DNA of 64,000 bases from the NCBI GenBank assembly GCA_963734495.1, contig CAVTHK010000007.1, forward strand, positions 352,001 through 416,000, given 5' to 3'. The notes beneath the pieces were generated by a model, which was not told the origin of the DNA, searched no databases, and saw only the letters and a program-made list of their open reading frames with translations. Origin of the DNA: an uncultured Spirochaetota bacterium (GTDB taxonomy: Bacteria > Spirochaetota > Spirochaetia > SZUA-6 > CAVTHK01). A program made the translations under genes and the position numbers. Positions 10,654-19,824 of this stretch are shown here, piece after piece (positions within the stretch are counted from its first letter, which is position 1; each line of letters begins with the position of its first letter).

Positions 10654-11850
10654 TCAGCCGACCACTTTGCCGAGGATCGCCACGCCTTCGTCGATCTCCT
10701 CTTCGTTGATCACAAGCGGGGGCGCGAGGCGGATGATGTTCGTGCCCGAGCGCAGCACCAGCAGCCCCGCGAGCTGCGCCCGCTCGATGAGAGCGGCCGG
10801 GTCGATGTCGCGCACCTCCAGGCCGCGCAGCAGCCCCTTGCCCTTGACGCGGACCGCCTTCGGCCTGCGGGCCACGAGCTCTTCGAGCCGCCGCGCGAGG
10901 TGCTCGCCCTTGCGCGCGACGCCGGCGATGAACTCGGGGTTCGAGACGATGTCCCAGACCTTGAGCGCCACTGCGGTCGTCACCGGCCCGCCGCCGAACG
11001 TGGTGCCGTGCTCGCCCGCGTGCACCTGCTCGTTGATCCGGGCCGGGATGAGCGTGGCCGACAGCGGGAGCCCCCCTGCGAGCGGCTTGGCGAGCGTGAC
11101 GATGTCCGGCTCGAGGCCGGCTCCGCTGCTCGCGTACAGAGTCCCGGTGCGCGAGAGCCCCGTCTGCACCTCGTCTGCGATCAGAACGACGTCGTGCTTG
11201 CGGCACAGCCGGTTCAGCGCCCGCGCGAACTCGGCCGTCATCGAGTCCAGCCCGCCTTCACCCTGAACGACCTCGCAGATCACCGCTGCAAAGGTGCCGT
11301 CGAGCACCGCCTCGAGCTTCGACACGTCGTTGTAGGGCGCGACTTCCACCCCCGGCATCAGGGGCTTGAAGGGATCCTGGTACTTGGCCGTGGGTGTGCA
11401 GGCCATCGTGCCGTACGTCCGGCCGTGGAAGGCGTTGGTGAAGCAGAGGACCTTGTGGTGCCCCTCGCCCCGGGTGCGCAGCGCGTACAGCCGCGCGTAC
11501 TTGAGGGCCGCCTCGTTCGCCTCGGTGCCGCTGTTGCCGAAATGGACGGCCTGGAACGGGCCGCTCGCCACGAGCCGCTCTCCGAGCTCGAGCGCGGGCT
11601 CGGTGGCGTAGAGATTGGACACGTGGGCGAGGCGCGACATCTGCTCGTACGCCGTCCGCGCGAGGTCCTCGCGCCCGTGTCCGAGGGCGTTCACGGCAAT
11701 GCCCGACGCGAAGTCCAGGTACCTGTTGCCGCTGCGGTCCTCGATCCGCACTCCTTCGCCCTTGACCAGCACGAGCATCCGGCTCGAGTAGTTCTTTGGA
11801 TACGGCACCTGCTCCACGAACGCCTGCTCCGCGATTTCGATCTTGTTCAA
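10654..11850 (-). CDS. argD: Acetylornithine aminotransferase
   Basis: DFASGIAVNALGH, NSGTEANE, FHGRT, DEVQTG, LAKPLAGG, HGTTFGG; lies with argB and argR. Confidence 0.92.
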   Translation of the reverse strand: MNKIEIAEQAFVEQVPYPKNYSSRMLVLVKGEGVRIEDRSGNRYLDFASGIAVNALGHGREDLARTAYEQMSRLAHVSNLYATEPALELGERLVASGPFQAVHFGNSGTEANEAALKYARLYALRTRGEGHHKVLCFTNAFHGRTYGTMACTPTAKYQDPFKPLMPGVEVAPYNDVSKLEAVLDGTFAAVICEVVQGEGGLDSMTAEFARALNRLCRKHDVVLIADEVQTGLSRTGTLYASSGAGLEPDIVTLAKPLAGGLPLSATLIPARINEQVHAGEHGTTFGGGPVTTAVALKVWDIVSNPEFIAGVARKGEHLARRLEELVARRPKAVRVKGKGLLRGLEVRDIDPAALIERAQLAGLLVLRSGTNIIRLAPPLVINEEEIDEGVAILGKVVG

Positions 11851-11864
11851 TGAGACCCTCCTAT

Positions 11865-11953
11865 GACCTGGCGTCTCGTAGACCCCGAGTCCTCGAGGGG
11901 CTCGCCAGGTCCCAAGTCCCGAGTCCTCGAGGGGCCCCCCTCGCGGGGCCCCG
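11865..11953. repeat. Structured intergenic element with an 18-bp direct repeat and inverted repeats
   Basis: CCCGAGTCCTCGAGGGGC at 11884-11901 and 11918-11935; GACCTGGCG/CGCCAGGTC inverted pair; GGGGCCCC hairpin. Confidence 0.7.
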
Positions 11954-12709
11954 TCACTCGCGCACGATCCGGGTTCCGCGCTCGCCGGCGAGCAGCGCCG
12001 CTACGGACCCGCGCCCGGCGTACTCACCGATAATGATGCAATCGACGCCGCCTTCCAAGGCCCCGAGGCACGCCCGCACCTTGGCCACCATCCCGCCGGT
12101 GATGGTGCCCGCCGCGATTTCCGCGACCGCGTCCGCAGGGGCCAGCTTCTCGATCACCCGCCCGCCCTTGAGCACCCCCGGTATGTCGGAAAGGAAGACC
12201 AGGGTGCGCGCGCGCAGAGCCTGCGCCACGGCGAGGGCGGCGGAGTCGGCGTTCACGTTGAGCCCCGTGCCCTCCTCGCTCATCGACGTCGAGCACAGCA
12301 CGGGGAAATACCCGCCCGCGAGCAGCATCGACAAGAGCGCGGGCTCCACGCGGGTCACTTGGCCGGTGCGGCTGCCCTCGGCGATGCTGCGGCCGGTGAA
12401 GAGGCGGCCGTCGGAGCCGCTGAGACCGACGGCGTTGAGGCCCGCCGCCTGGAACAGCCGCACGAGGCGCTTGTTGATCTGGCCGCTCAGCGCCATGTCG
12501 ACGTAGTCCATCTCCTCCGCCGAAGTCTGGCGCACGCCGTCGCGGAACCTGGGCTCGACGCCGAAACGGCGCGCAAGCTGAGAGACCTCGGCCCCGCCGC
12601 CGTGCACGAGAACCCAGCCCGGCTCCCGTCCGAGCTCGGCCCCGAGCTCCCGCACCTGGACCTCGCTCCCCGCGAGCTCACCGCCGATCTTTACGACCCG
12701 CGCCTCCAT
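11954..12709 (-). CDS. argB: Acetylglutamate kinase
   Basis: VVKIGG, VHGGG, DGVRQT, NVNADSAA, LSDIPGV, GGMVAKV. Confidence 0.93.
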   Translation of the reverse strand: MEARVVKIGGELAGSEVQVRELGAELGREPGWVLVHGGGAEVSQLARRFGVEPRFRDGVRQTSAEEMDYVDMALSGQINKRLVRLFQAAGLNAVGLSGSDGRLFTGRSIAEGSRTGQVTRVEPALLSMLLAGGYFPVLCSTSMSEEGTGLNVNADSAALAVAQALRARTLVFLSDIPGVLKGGRVIEKLAPADAVAEIAAGTITGGMVAKVRACLGALEGGVDCIIIGEYAGRGSVAALLAGERGTRIVRE

Positions 12710-13200
12710 CAGCCGATCCTTCCCGCGAGCTCCGGCAGCCGGCCGACGATCGCCTTCTTGAGCGTCGCGCGGCTCACGCCTTCGGCCGCCACCATCAGGA
12801 TGGTGTCGTCGCCCGCCACGGTGCCGAGCAGCCCGTCCACAGCGGCGCCGTCGAGCGCCAGCGCCACGCTCGCCGCGTATCCGGGCAGCGTCTTCACGAC
12901 CGCGACGTTCCCCGAGAAGCTCATGCCGAGGAACCCCGTGAGCGCGGACTTGACCGCGTGCTCGGCCAGCCTCGGCTCGGCCGGCAGCGCGTAGACCGAG
13001 CCGCCCCCGACGTCGGGGCCGCGCGCCACGCCCAGTCTCCGCAGGTCGCGCGACAGCGTGGCCTGCGTCACCCGGTACCCTCTGCGCCTGAGCCGGGCCT
13101 CCAGCTCGGCCTGGGTGTGGATGCGCTCCGCGCGCAGCAGGCCGGCGATGACCTCCAGCCTCCGCCCGCGCGCCGGCCTCTCGGCTCTATGCATACTCAT
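12709..13200 (-). CDS. argR: Arginine repressor (start 13200 or 13194)
   Basis: TQAEL, VTQATLSRDL, GTVAGDDTI. Confidence 0.93.
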   Translation of the reverse strand: MSMHRAERPARGRRLEVIAGLLRAERIHTQAELEARLRRRGYRVTQATLSRDLRRLGVARGPDVGGGSVYALPAEPRLAEHAVKSALTGFLGMSFSGNVAVVKTLPGYAASVALALDGAAVDGLLGTVAGDDTILMVAAEGVSRATLKKAIVGRLPELAGRIG

Positions 13201-13245
13201 GCGCTTTCTTTGCATGATCATACGTCAGCGCCCGGGGCCTGTCAA
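13188..13245 (-). promoter_or_regulatory. argRBD promoter overlapped by two tandem ARG boxes
   Basis: TTGACA(13240-45)-17-TATGAT(13217-22); boxes TATGCATACTCATGCGCT (13188-13205) and TTTGCATGATCATACGTC (13209-13226), 3 bp apart. Confidence 0.8.
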
Positions 13246-13266
13246 GCGCGCCGGCGGGCCGCAGAC

Positions 13267-13296
13267 AAAAAAAGGGGAAAGGAGGACCTTTCCCCT
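13267..13296 (-). terminator. Intrinsic terminator after the HU-like gene
   Basis: Minus strand AGGGGAAAGG-TCCT-CCTTTCCCCT followed by a T run. Confidence 0.85.
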
Positions 13297-13336
13297 CTCA
13301 GAGCATGAAGTGAGGAATTGCCGGGCCGCGGTCGGG

Positions 13337-13705
13337 CTAGCGGCTGCTGACCCTGGCCTTGGCCGCGGTCTGCTTGAAGGCCCGGTTGAACGTGAACTTC
13401 GGGACCTTGGTCGCAGGCCGCGCCTTGATGGTGATCTCTTCGCCGGTGAGCGGGTTGCGGCCCTTGCGGGCCTTCTGCGCGGGTCGGATGCGGACGTACA
13501 CTTTGCCCATCTTGCCGATGGGCACGCGCACGCCAGCCATCACGCCGGCCTCGACCAGGTCGAAGACGCTCTCGAAGACTTCGCGCATCTTCGCCTTGGG
13601 CAGCTCGTTCGCCGCGGCCAGATAGGACACCATCGCGGACGCGGTGTACTTGGTCGGCTTCTGCGGAGCAGCTTTGGCTTTCTTCTTGGCCACTTGCTTC
13701 GCCAC
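13337..13705 (-). CDS. HU/IHF-family histone-like DNA-binding protein with Lys-rich N-terminus
   Basis: RPAQKARKGRNPLTGEEITIKARPATKVPKFTF signature. Confidence 0.88.
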   Translation of the reverse strand: MAKQVAKKKAKAAPQKPTKYTASAMVSYLAAANELPKAKMREVFESVFDLVEAGVMAGVRVPIGKMGKVYVRIRPAQKARKGRNPLTGEEITIKARPATKVPKFTFNRAFKQTAAKARVSSR

Positions 13706-13712
13706 GGCGACC

Positions 13713-13853
13713 CTACCTCTTCTTCGCGGCTGCCTTGCGGCGAGCCGGGGCCTTCCTCTTTTTCGCGGCGGCCTTCTTCTTCCTGGCCGGAGCCTTCTTC
13801 TTCGCGGCGGCCTTGCGCCTGGCCGGAGCCTTCTTCTTCGGTGCTTTTGCCAT
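13713..13853 (-). CDS. 46-aa Lys/Ala/Arg/Pro-rich histone-H1-like small protein (below ORF-track cutoff)
   Basis: MAKAPKKKAPARRKAAAKKKAPARKKKAAAKKRKAPARRKAAAKKR*; GGAGAGAGG RBS; first gene after the promoter. Confidence 0.72.
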   Translation of the reverse strand: MAKAPKKKAPARRKAAAKKKAPARKKKAAAKKRKAPARRKAAAKKR

Positions 13854-13893
13854 TGGTCACCCTCTCTCCGTTATTCTATCGGATTTGCCTCGG

Positions 13894-13922
13894 AGTATAA
13901 CCCGACGCTAATGCTGCGTCAA
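13894..13922 (-). promoter_or_regulatory. Sigma-70 promoter of the H1-like/HU operon
   Basis: TTGACG-17-TATACT with an A-rich UP-like tract upstream. Confidence 0.7.
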
Positions 13923-13990
13923 GTTTTTTCTCAAAAGGCTCGAAAAAAACGAAGGTCGCGTCCGCGACGGGCGCGGCGGCCTCGCGGCGG

Positions 13991-14374
13991 TCATGTCGAC
14001 TGCGTCTCGTCGCGTCCGCTCGCGGCCGGATCGCGCGCCGCGGCGCACGGCTCGCACAGGTCGTCGTCACTCGCCAGCATTCGCCCGAGGGGCAGCCGCG
14101 TGCTGCAGGCGGCGCAGCGCAGCCGCAGCGGGAGAAAGCGCCGGTGCAGCGCCCACACGAACGCCGCCGCCGAAGCGACGGGCACCAGGAACAGCACGTC
14201 GGGGATGCGCAGGCGCCCGAACAGCCATGCGCACGCGCGCAGCGCGACCAGCACGGCGGCCCATGCGACGACGGCGATGCGCTTGCGATCCGTCGCGCGC
14301 TTGCGCAGCAGCAGCGCCACGACCAGCACCGCGACGATCGGATAGTAGAGATTCCGGTTCAGCAGCTCGACCAC
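13991..14374 (-). CDS. Small membrane protein with C-terminal zinc ribbon
   Basis: Three hydrophobic segments, then CAAC...CEPC; GTG 6 nt after TTGACC-17-TAGACT. Confidence 0.6.
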   Translation of the reverse strand: MVELLNRNLYYPIVAVLVVALLLRKRATDRKRIAVVAWAAVLVALRACAWLFGRLRIPDVLFLVPVASAAAFVWALHRRFLPLRLRCAACSTRLPLGRMLASDDDLCEPCAAARDPAASGRDETQST

Positions 14375-14461
14375 CGTACGAGTCTAACAACGGCGCAGGT
14401 CACGGTCAACGCGAAGGCTCCCTTGAAGCCCGACCGCGCGCGCGCCTACAATGCTCGTGCG

Positions 14462-15959
14462 ATGAACCGCATCTGTCTCTGCCTGACCGCGCCGACGGTG
14501 CGCGAGGATCTCGAGCTCGTTTCGCGTCACCGCCCCCTGGTGCAGATGGCGGAGCTGCGCGTCGACCTTCTCGCGGCCGAAGAGCGCGCCCATGCGTGGC
14601 GCGTCGCCGTCGGCTGCGATCTTCCGCTGATCCTCACGGTCCGCAGGCAGGCCGATGGCGGCCGCTTCGACGGCCCCGAGCCCGAGCGCATCAAGCTGAT
14701 CCGCGACGTCGCGGACCGCGCCCGCGACCGCGGACGCGCCTTCGCGTTCGTGGACCTCGAGGATGATCTCGCCGTGCCCGACCTCGAGCGCAGCGTCCGC
14801 GCGGCTTCCGGCCGCATCATCCGCTCCCGCCACGACCTGTCCGGCGTCCCGCGCGGGCTCGCCGCGACGATGACGGGCATGAGGCGCCATCACTCCGATC
14901 TGCCCAAAGGCGCGTTCATGGTGCGCGGGAGCGAGGACCTGCTCGCGCTCTTCGAGGCCGGGCGGTCCCTCGACTTCGAGCGGATCCTCGTCGGGATGGG
15001 CGACTACGGTTTCCCGACGCGCATCCTCACCGCGCGCACGGGATCGTACCTGACGTTTGCCACCGCCGCCGAGGCCGGAGTCAAGGCCGCCGCGGGCCAG
15101 AGCGACCCCGCGACGCTCTGCCAGCTCTACCGCTACCCGCGGCTGCGCCGTGACACCGCGGTGTACGGCGTGATCGGCAACCCGGTGATGCACTCGCTCT
15201 CGCCGCACATCCACAACCGCGGGTTCCGCCTCTGCGGCGTCGATGCCGTATACCTGCCGTTCCGGGTCGACAGCGTCCCCGCGTTCCTCCGCCTCGCCGA
15301 TCTGCTGGAGATCCGCGGCGTCTCGGTTACCATCCCTCACAAGCAGGAAGTCATCGATCATACGGCGGCGCGCGAGCCCGCGGTTACGGCGGTCGGCGCC
15401 TGCAACACCCTCGTGCGCGAGGCGGGCGGCTGGCGCGGGATGAACACCGACGTGGCCGGATTCCTCGCGCCGCTCGCGAGCGGAGGCTTCGACGGCGCGG
15501 GCCGGCGGGCGACCGTCATCGGCGCGGGCGGCGCCGCACGCTCCGTCGTCTACGCTCTGCGCGGGCTGGGCATGCCCGTGCTGATCCTCAACCGCACGGT
15601 CGCGAGGGCGGAGGCGCTGGCGCGCGACTTCGGTTGCGAGTGGGGCTCGCTCGCCGAGGCCGACCTGGCCCGCATCGGCGCGTTCGCGGATCTGATCGTG
15701 CAGACGACGAGCTGCGGGAATGACTCCGCACGCCGATGAAGATCCGATCGCCGCCTTCCCCCTGCGCGGGACCGAATGGGTCTACGACCTGGTGTACAGC
15801 CCGCCCGAAACGGCGCTGCTGCGCAGGGCGGCGGCACGCGGCTGTCGCACGATCCGCGGCGGCCGCATGCTGATCGCGCAGGCGCTCGCTCAGTTCCGCG
15901 CCTTCTGCGGCCAGGAGTACCCCGACCCCGAAGGGCTCGAGCAGGAGCTCGGTCTGTAG
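14462..15959 (+). CDS. aroDE: Fused type I 3-dehydroquinate dehydratase / shikimate dehydrogenase; frameshift ~15718
   Basis: AELRVD, ILTVRR, IIRSRHD, then HSLSP, SVTIPHK, GACNT, NTD, GAGGAA, YDLVYSP. Confidence 0.88.
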
Positions 15960-15998
15960 ATCTCTTGAGGTTGAAGGCGCCCGCGGCGAGTCCTGCCC

Positions 15999-18053
15999 TC
16001 AGTCGAGCAGGGACCGCATCACGAGCCTGACCCGGCTCAGGCGCGAGACCGCGACCTTGACGCGATGACCGTCCGGGAGCGCCTCGGCGGCGAGGATCAG
16101 CCCCGCGGCGCTCTTCTCCAGCTTCTCGGGCCGGGCGAGAATCTTGTGCGGCGCCCCCGAGGCGCCTCGCTCGAGCATCTCGACGAGGGCGCCGCGTTCG
16201 ATCGCGCGCTCGATCAGGCGCACCTTTCCGAGGTAGTCGAGGCCGCGCGCCTCCGCCTTCTCGGTCGCGAGCGGCCGGAGCTGCCGCGGAACCAGGATCA
16301 GGCCGCGCTCGATGCGGTCGCGGATCTCGGCCGCTTCGTCGTCCTCGAGCCCCAACGCCTCGAGCTCCGCGAGCAGCGCCGTCTTCGCCGCCGCCGCCGC
16401 AGGACCGGCCGCGCGCGTTCCCTTTGTCAAAAGCTCGTCGTCCCACGGCGCGCTCCGGCCCGACCCCACGTCGACGCTGAGGTCCGCGCCCAGCAGCGGC
16501 TCCTCGAACGGCAGCTCCACCGCCGGCCCCTCGTCTTCGCCTTCGGGCCGCACCGACACGATCTCAGGCACGTGGTCGACTCCCGCGCGGCGAAGCGCGG
16601 CGACCCAGGCGTCCCGGTCCGCGGCCGCGAGCAGGTAGACGCCCGGAGCGATCTTCTTGCGCATGTGCCTGCGCAGCGCGGGCGAGTTGTCGAGGAGGTA
16701 CTGGTGCTCCTCGTCCGCGACCAGCACGACGCCGTCGTAGAGCGCGAGGCGGCGATACTCGCGCTCCCAGGTGCGGAGGCTGAAGAGCACGTTCTGCGGC
16801 AGCGCGGCCGCGCCGCGCGGCTTTTCCAGGCGCTCGAGCGCATCCACCAGCCGCTCCGCCGAACCCCCGAGGTCGAGGTAGCGCTGGAACGAGGCGCGCG
16901 TGATGTCGAAGACGGCCGCCGCGTCGACCCGCCTGACCTCCGCGGATAGCGCGACTTCGAGGCCATCGGCGAGCAGGACCTCGCCGGGGAACGTGACCTC
17001 GAAGTTGGGCTGCACGACAGCCGGCGCGGCGGGCTGGTCGCGCGCGATGTCCGGGTGGAGCATGAGCCGATCGCCGGCCTCGATCAGCACGTTGAGCTCG
17101 CGCAGGCGCGAGATCAGGGACGGTACCGAGGCCGCCGTCTCGGGGGCGACGCGCAGCGCGAGCATGACGCACACCGCGTGCAGGCCGGCCGGCTCAAAGG
17201 CGCGCGCGACGTCGCCGGGGCCCTCGAGGGCGGCGAGCAGCCCGGCGACGTGGTGCGCGGCGAGGTCCCTGCGCACGTCCTTGCCGAGCAGCGGAGCCAG
17301 CAGCGCGACCGCGCGACCGCGACGCGCGCGCGCGGCCAGGCTCCGCCACGCGGCGACACGGGGCCGTCCGTCTTCGGCGAGCAGGCCGTGCTCCTCCAGC
17401 AGCCGCAGAAGCGTGGCGACCGCCCTCGCGAGCGAGTCACCCGCGTCGTCCTCGCCCGCACGCGAGGCGTGGGCGGGAAAGATGGACGCGAGCGCGGAGA
17501 GGTCCCTCTTGCGCAGGCCCCCGTCCTTCTTGAACACGATCGCGCCCGAGCAGAGCTGCGAGACGATGGCCAGGAGCGCGACGTCGGAGACCCACAGGAC
17601 GGGAGCGCGTCCCGGCGGCGCGGCCGCGCTCCACGGGAAGAGCCTGCCGGTGTCATGGACGCGCGCCCGGAACACCGGGTCGAGGATCGGGTTGACCGCC
17701 ACGAGGCGCGCCTCGTCATGGCCCCGGTACACCAGGAGCCGCTCCTCCATGTTGGCCAGCATCTCCCCGAGGGCCAGCAGGCCGATGCGGCCCTGGAACA
17801 GCGCGGCGAGGCTCTCGAGGCTCGCGGCGCCCAGCAGCTCGAGCGCCGTGATCACCGCGGCCTCGCGCGGGTCGACGAAGGCGAGGATCTTTTCCTGGAT
17901 CCCGCGGTCCGAGAGGAAGGCGGCGAGCTGCCGGATCAGCTCCTGCTTGTTGTACGGCGTGCGGATCTCGCCGAGATAGTTGCGGACGAGGAGCAGGAAG
18001 CGGTCGCCTGGAAGCGTGAGCAGCGCCCGCTTCCAACCTTCGAGATCGCTCAT
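15999..18053 (-). CDS. XPB-associated protein with helicase-associated (Helicase_C_3-like) domain
   Basis: Begins MSDLEGWK, overlapping the XPB stop; VVQPNFEV...FDITRASF...LPQNVLFSLRTW. Confidence 0.65.
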   Translation of the reverse strand: MSDLEGWKRALLTLPGDRFLLLVRNYLGEIRTPYNKQELIRQLAAFLSDRGIQEKILAFVDPREAAVITALELLGAASLESLAALFQGRIGLLALGEMLANMEERLLVYRGHDEARLVAVNPILDPVFRARVHDTGRLFPWSAAAPPGRAPVLWVSDVALLAIVSQLCSGAIVFKKDGGLRKRDLSALASIFPAHASRAGEDDAGDSLARAVATLLRLLEEHGLLAEDGRPRVAAWRSLAARARRGRAVALLAPLLGKDVRRDLAAHHVAGLLAALEGPGDVARAFEPAGLHAVCVMLALRVAPETAASVPSLISRLRELNVLIEAGDRLMLHPDIARDQPAAPAVVQPNFEVTFPGEVLLADGLEVALSAEVRRVDAAAVFDITRASFQRYLDLGGSAERLVDALERLEKPRGAAALPQNVLFSLRTWEREYRRLALYDGVVLVADEEHQYLLDNSPALRRHMRKKIAPGVYLLAAADRDAWVAALRRAGVDHVPEIVSVRPEGEDEGPAVELPFEEPLLGADLSVDVGSGRSAPWDDELLTKGTRAAGPAAAAAKTALLAELEALGLEDDEAAEIRDRIERGLILVPRQLRPLATEKAEARGLDYLGKVRLIERAIERGALVEMLERGASGAPHKILARPEKLEKSAAGLILAAEALPDGHRVKVAVSRLSRVRLVMRSLLD

Positions 18054-19727
18054 CCCAGCTCCTCTTCGGTCCAGAGCTCGATCGTGTAGCGGTAGCCCTG
18101 CTCGGTGAGGAACTTCTGGCGGTTGGCCGCGAACGTCTCCTCGACTGTGGCGCGGGACACCAGCGAGTAGAAGTGCGAGTTGCGCTCCTTGGGCCTGAGG
18201 ATCCGTCCGAGTCGCTGCGCTTCCTCCTGCCGCGAGCCGAAGGTGCCGGACACCTGGACCGCGACCGACGCGTCGGGCAGGTCGATGGCGAAGTTGGCAA
18301 CCTTGGACACCACGAGCACCGCGAGGCGTCCCGCGCGGAAGTCGCCGTAGAGCCGCTCGCGCTCGCGGTTCGCCGTCTTGCCGGTGATGATCGGGGCGCC
18401 GAGCTCCCTGGCGAGCATCTCGAGCTGCGACAGGTACTGGCCGATGACCAGCACGCCTTCGCCTTCGTGGTTGGCGATGACCTGCTTCACGATCGCGAGC
18501 TTGAGCGGGTTCTCCGAGGCGAGGCGGAACTTCCTGCGCTGGTCGGCGACCGCGTACTCCAGGCGCAGGCTCGCGCGGAAGATCCACGCGCACCTCCACG
18601 CAGTGCGCCACCGCGATCCAGCCCTTGGCCTCCAGCTCCTTCCACGGCACGTCGTAGCGCTTGGGACCGACGAGGGTGAAGACGTCGCCTTCCCTCCCGT
18701 CCTCGCGCACGAGCGTGGCGGTGAGCCCGAGGCGGCGGACCGCCTGGATCTCGGCGGTCACGCGGAAGACCGGGGCCGGCAGCAGGTGCACCTCGTCGTA
18801 GACGACGAGGCCCCACGACCGCTCGCGGAAGAGACGGAAGTGAGGGAACTCGTCGTCGGCCGACCCTCTCCAGATGAGGATCTGGTAGGTCGCGATCGTG
18901 ATCGGCCGGACCTCCTTGCGGTCGCCGGTGTACTCGCCGATCAGGTCCTCCGTGATCCAGGTCTTGTCGAGGATCTCGTCGATCCACTGGTGCACGGCGG
19001 CGACGTTGGGCGCGAGGATCAGCGTGCTGGCCCCCACGTTCGCCATGACCGCGATCCCGATCACGGTCTTGCCGGACCCGCAGGGCAGGACGACGGTGCC
19101 GAAGCCGGCCCCCGGCCGCCCCCCGCCGTCGAACGCCCTCGCCGCCTCCCTCTGGTAGTCTCGCGGGCTGAACGGCCGGCCCGATCGGGCGACGTCGCGC
19201 AGTGACGATCGCCAGCCGCTCGCCCGACGCGAGGGGGGCCTCGTCCTTGACCGGATAGCCGATGCGCATCAGCTCCTGCTTGAGCGTGCCGCGGTTGACG
19301 AGGGGGACGAGGAACCCCTCGCCGTCGGGCTCGATGAGCTTCATGATCCTGGCGTTGGCGCGGATCTCCTCGGCGATCATCGGGTCGACGGAGTCCATGC
19401 GGAGCACGGCGTCGCGCCCGCGACGGCCCGCAGCGCAAGCTTGCCGAACCGGGCGATCGTCTCGCGGATGTCGGCGACCACGTTGTCGGGAACCGGTAGC
19501 GGGAAAAGCGCGCGAGCGCCCCCGCGACGGCGTCCGCCCCGACGCCCGCCGAAGCCGCGTTCCACAGCGAAAGCGGCGTGAGGCGGTAGGTGTGGATGTG
19601 CTCCGGGGACTTTCTCGAGCTCGGCGAACAGCACGAGGTGCGAGCGGGCGGCTTCGGCCGCCGGACTGTGCACGTCCAGCAGCACGGTGCGATCGCTCTG
19701 GATGATGAGGGGCTTGTCCTCGCTCAT
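18050..19727 (-). CDS. XPB/Rad25 (ERCC3-like) DNA helicase, several frameshifts
   Basis: PLIIQSDRTVLLDV, AELEK, VVLPCGSGKT, DEVHLLPA, LGLTATLVRED, SKVANFAIDLPDA, SRQEEAQRLGRILR. Confidence 0.9.
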
Positions 19728-19747
19728 GGCTCGGGTGAGTGCCGGTC

Positions 19748-19800
19748 ATCATAGGGACGCGTCCCCCGAGAGTCAAATGGGCCGGGCAAGGTGCCGACCA
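19748..19800. promoter_or_regulatory. Overlapping divergent promoters: sigma-70 for XPB (minus) and sigma-28-like (plus)
   Basis: Minus TTGACT-17-TATGAT (19748-19776); plus CAAA-N15-GCCGACCA (19774-19800). Confidence 0.5.
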
Positions 19801-19824
19801 TTGCTTATAAGACGAGGTGGGACT

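Noticed and set aside
15999..19064. 1021-aa XPB-partner fusion ORF
   Set aside because: The middle is out-of-frame XPB sequence caused by a frameshift near 18580; these are two genes
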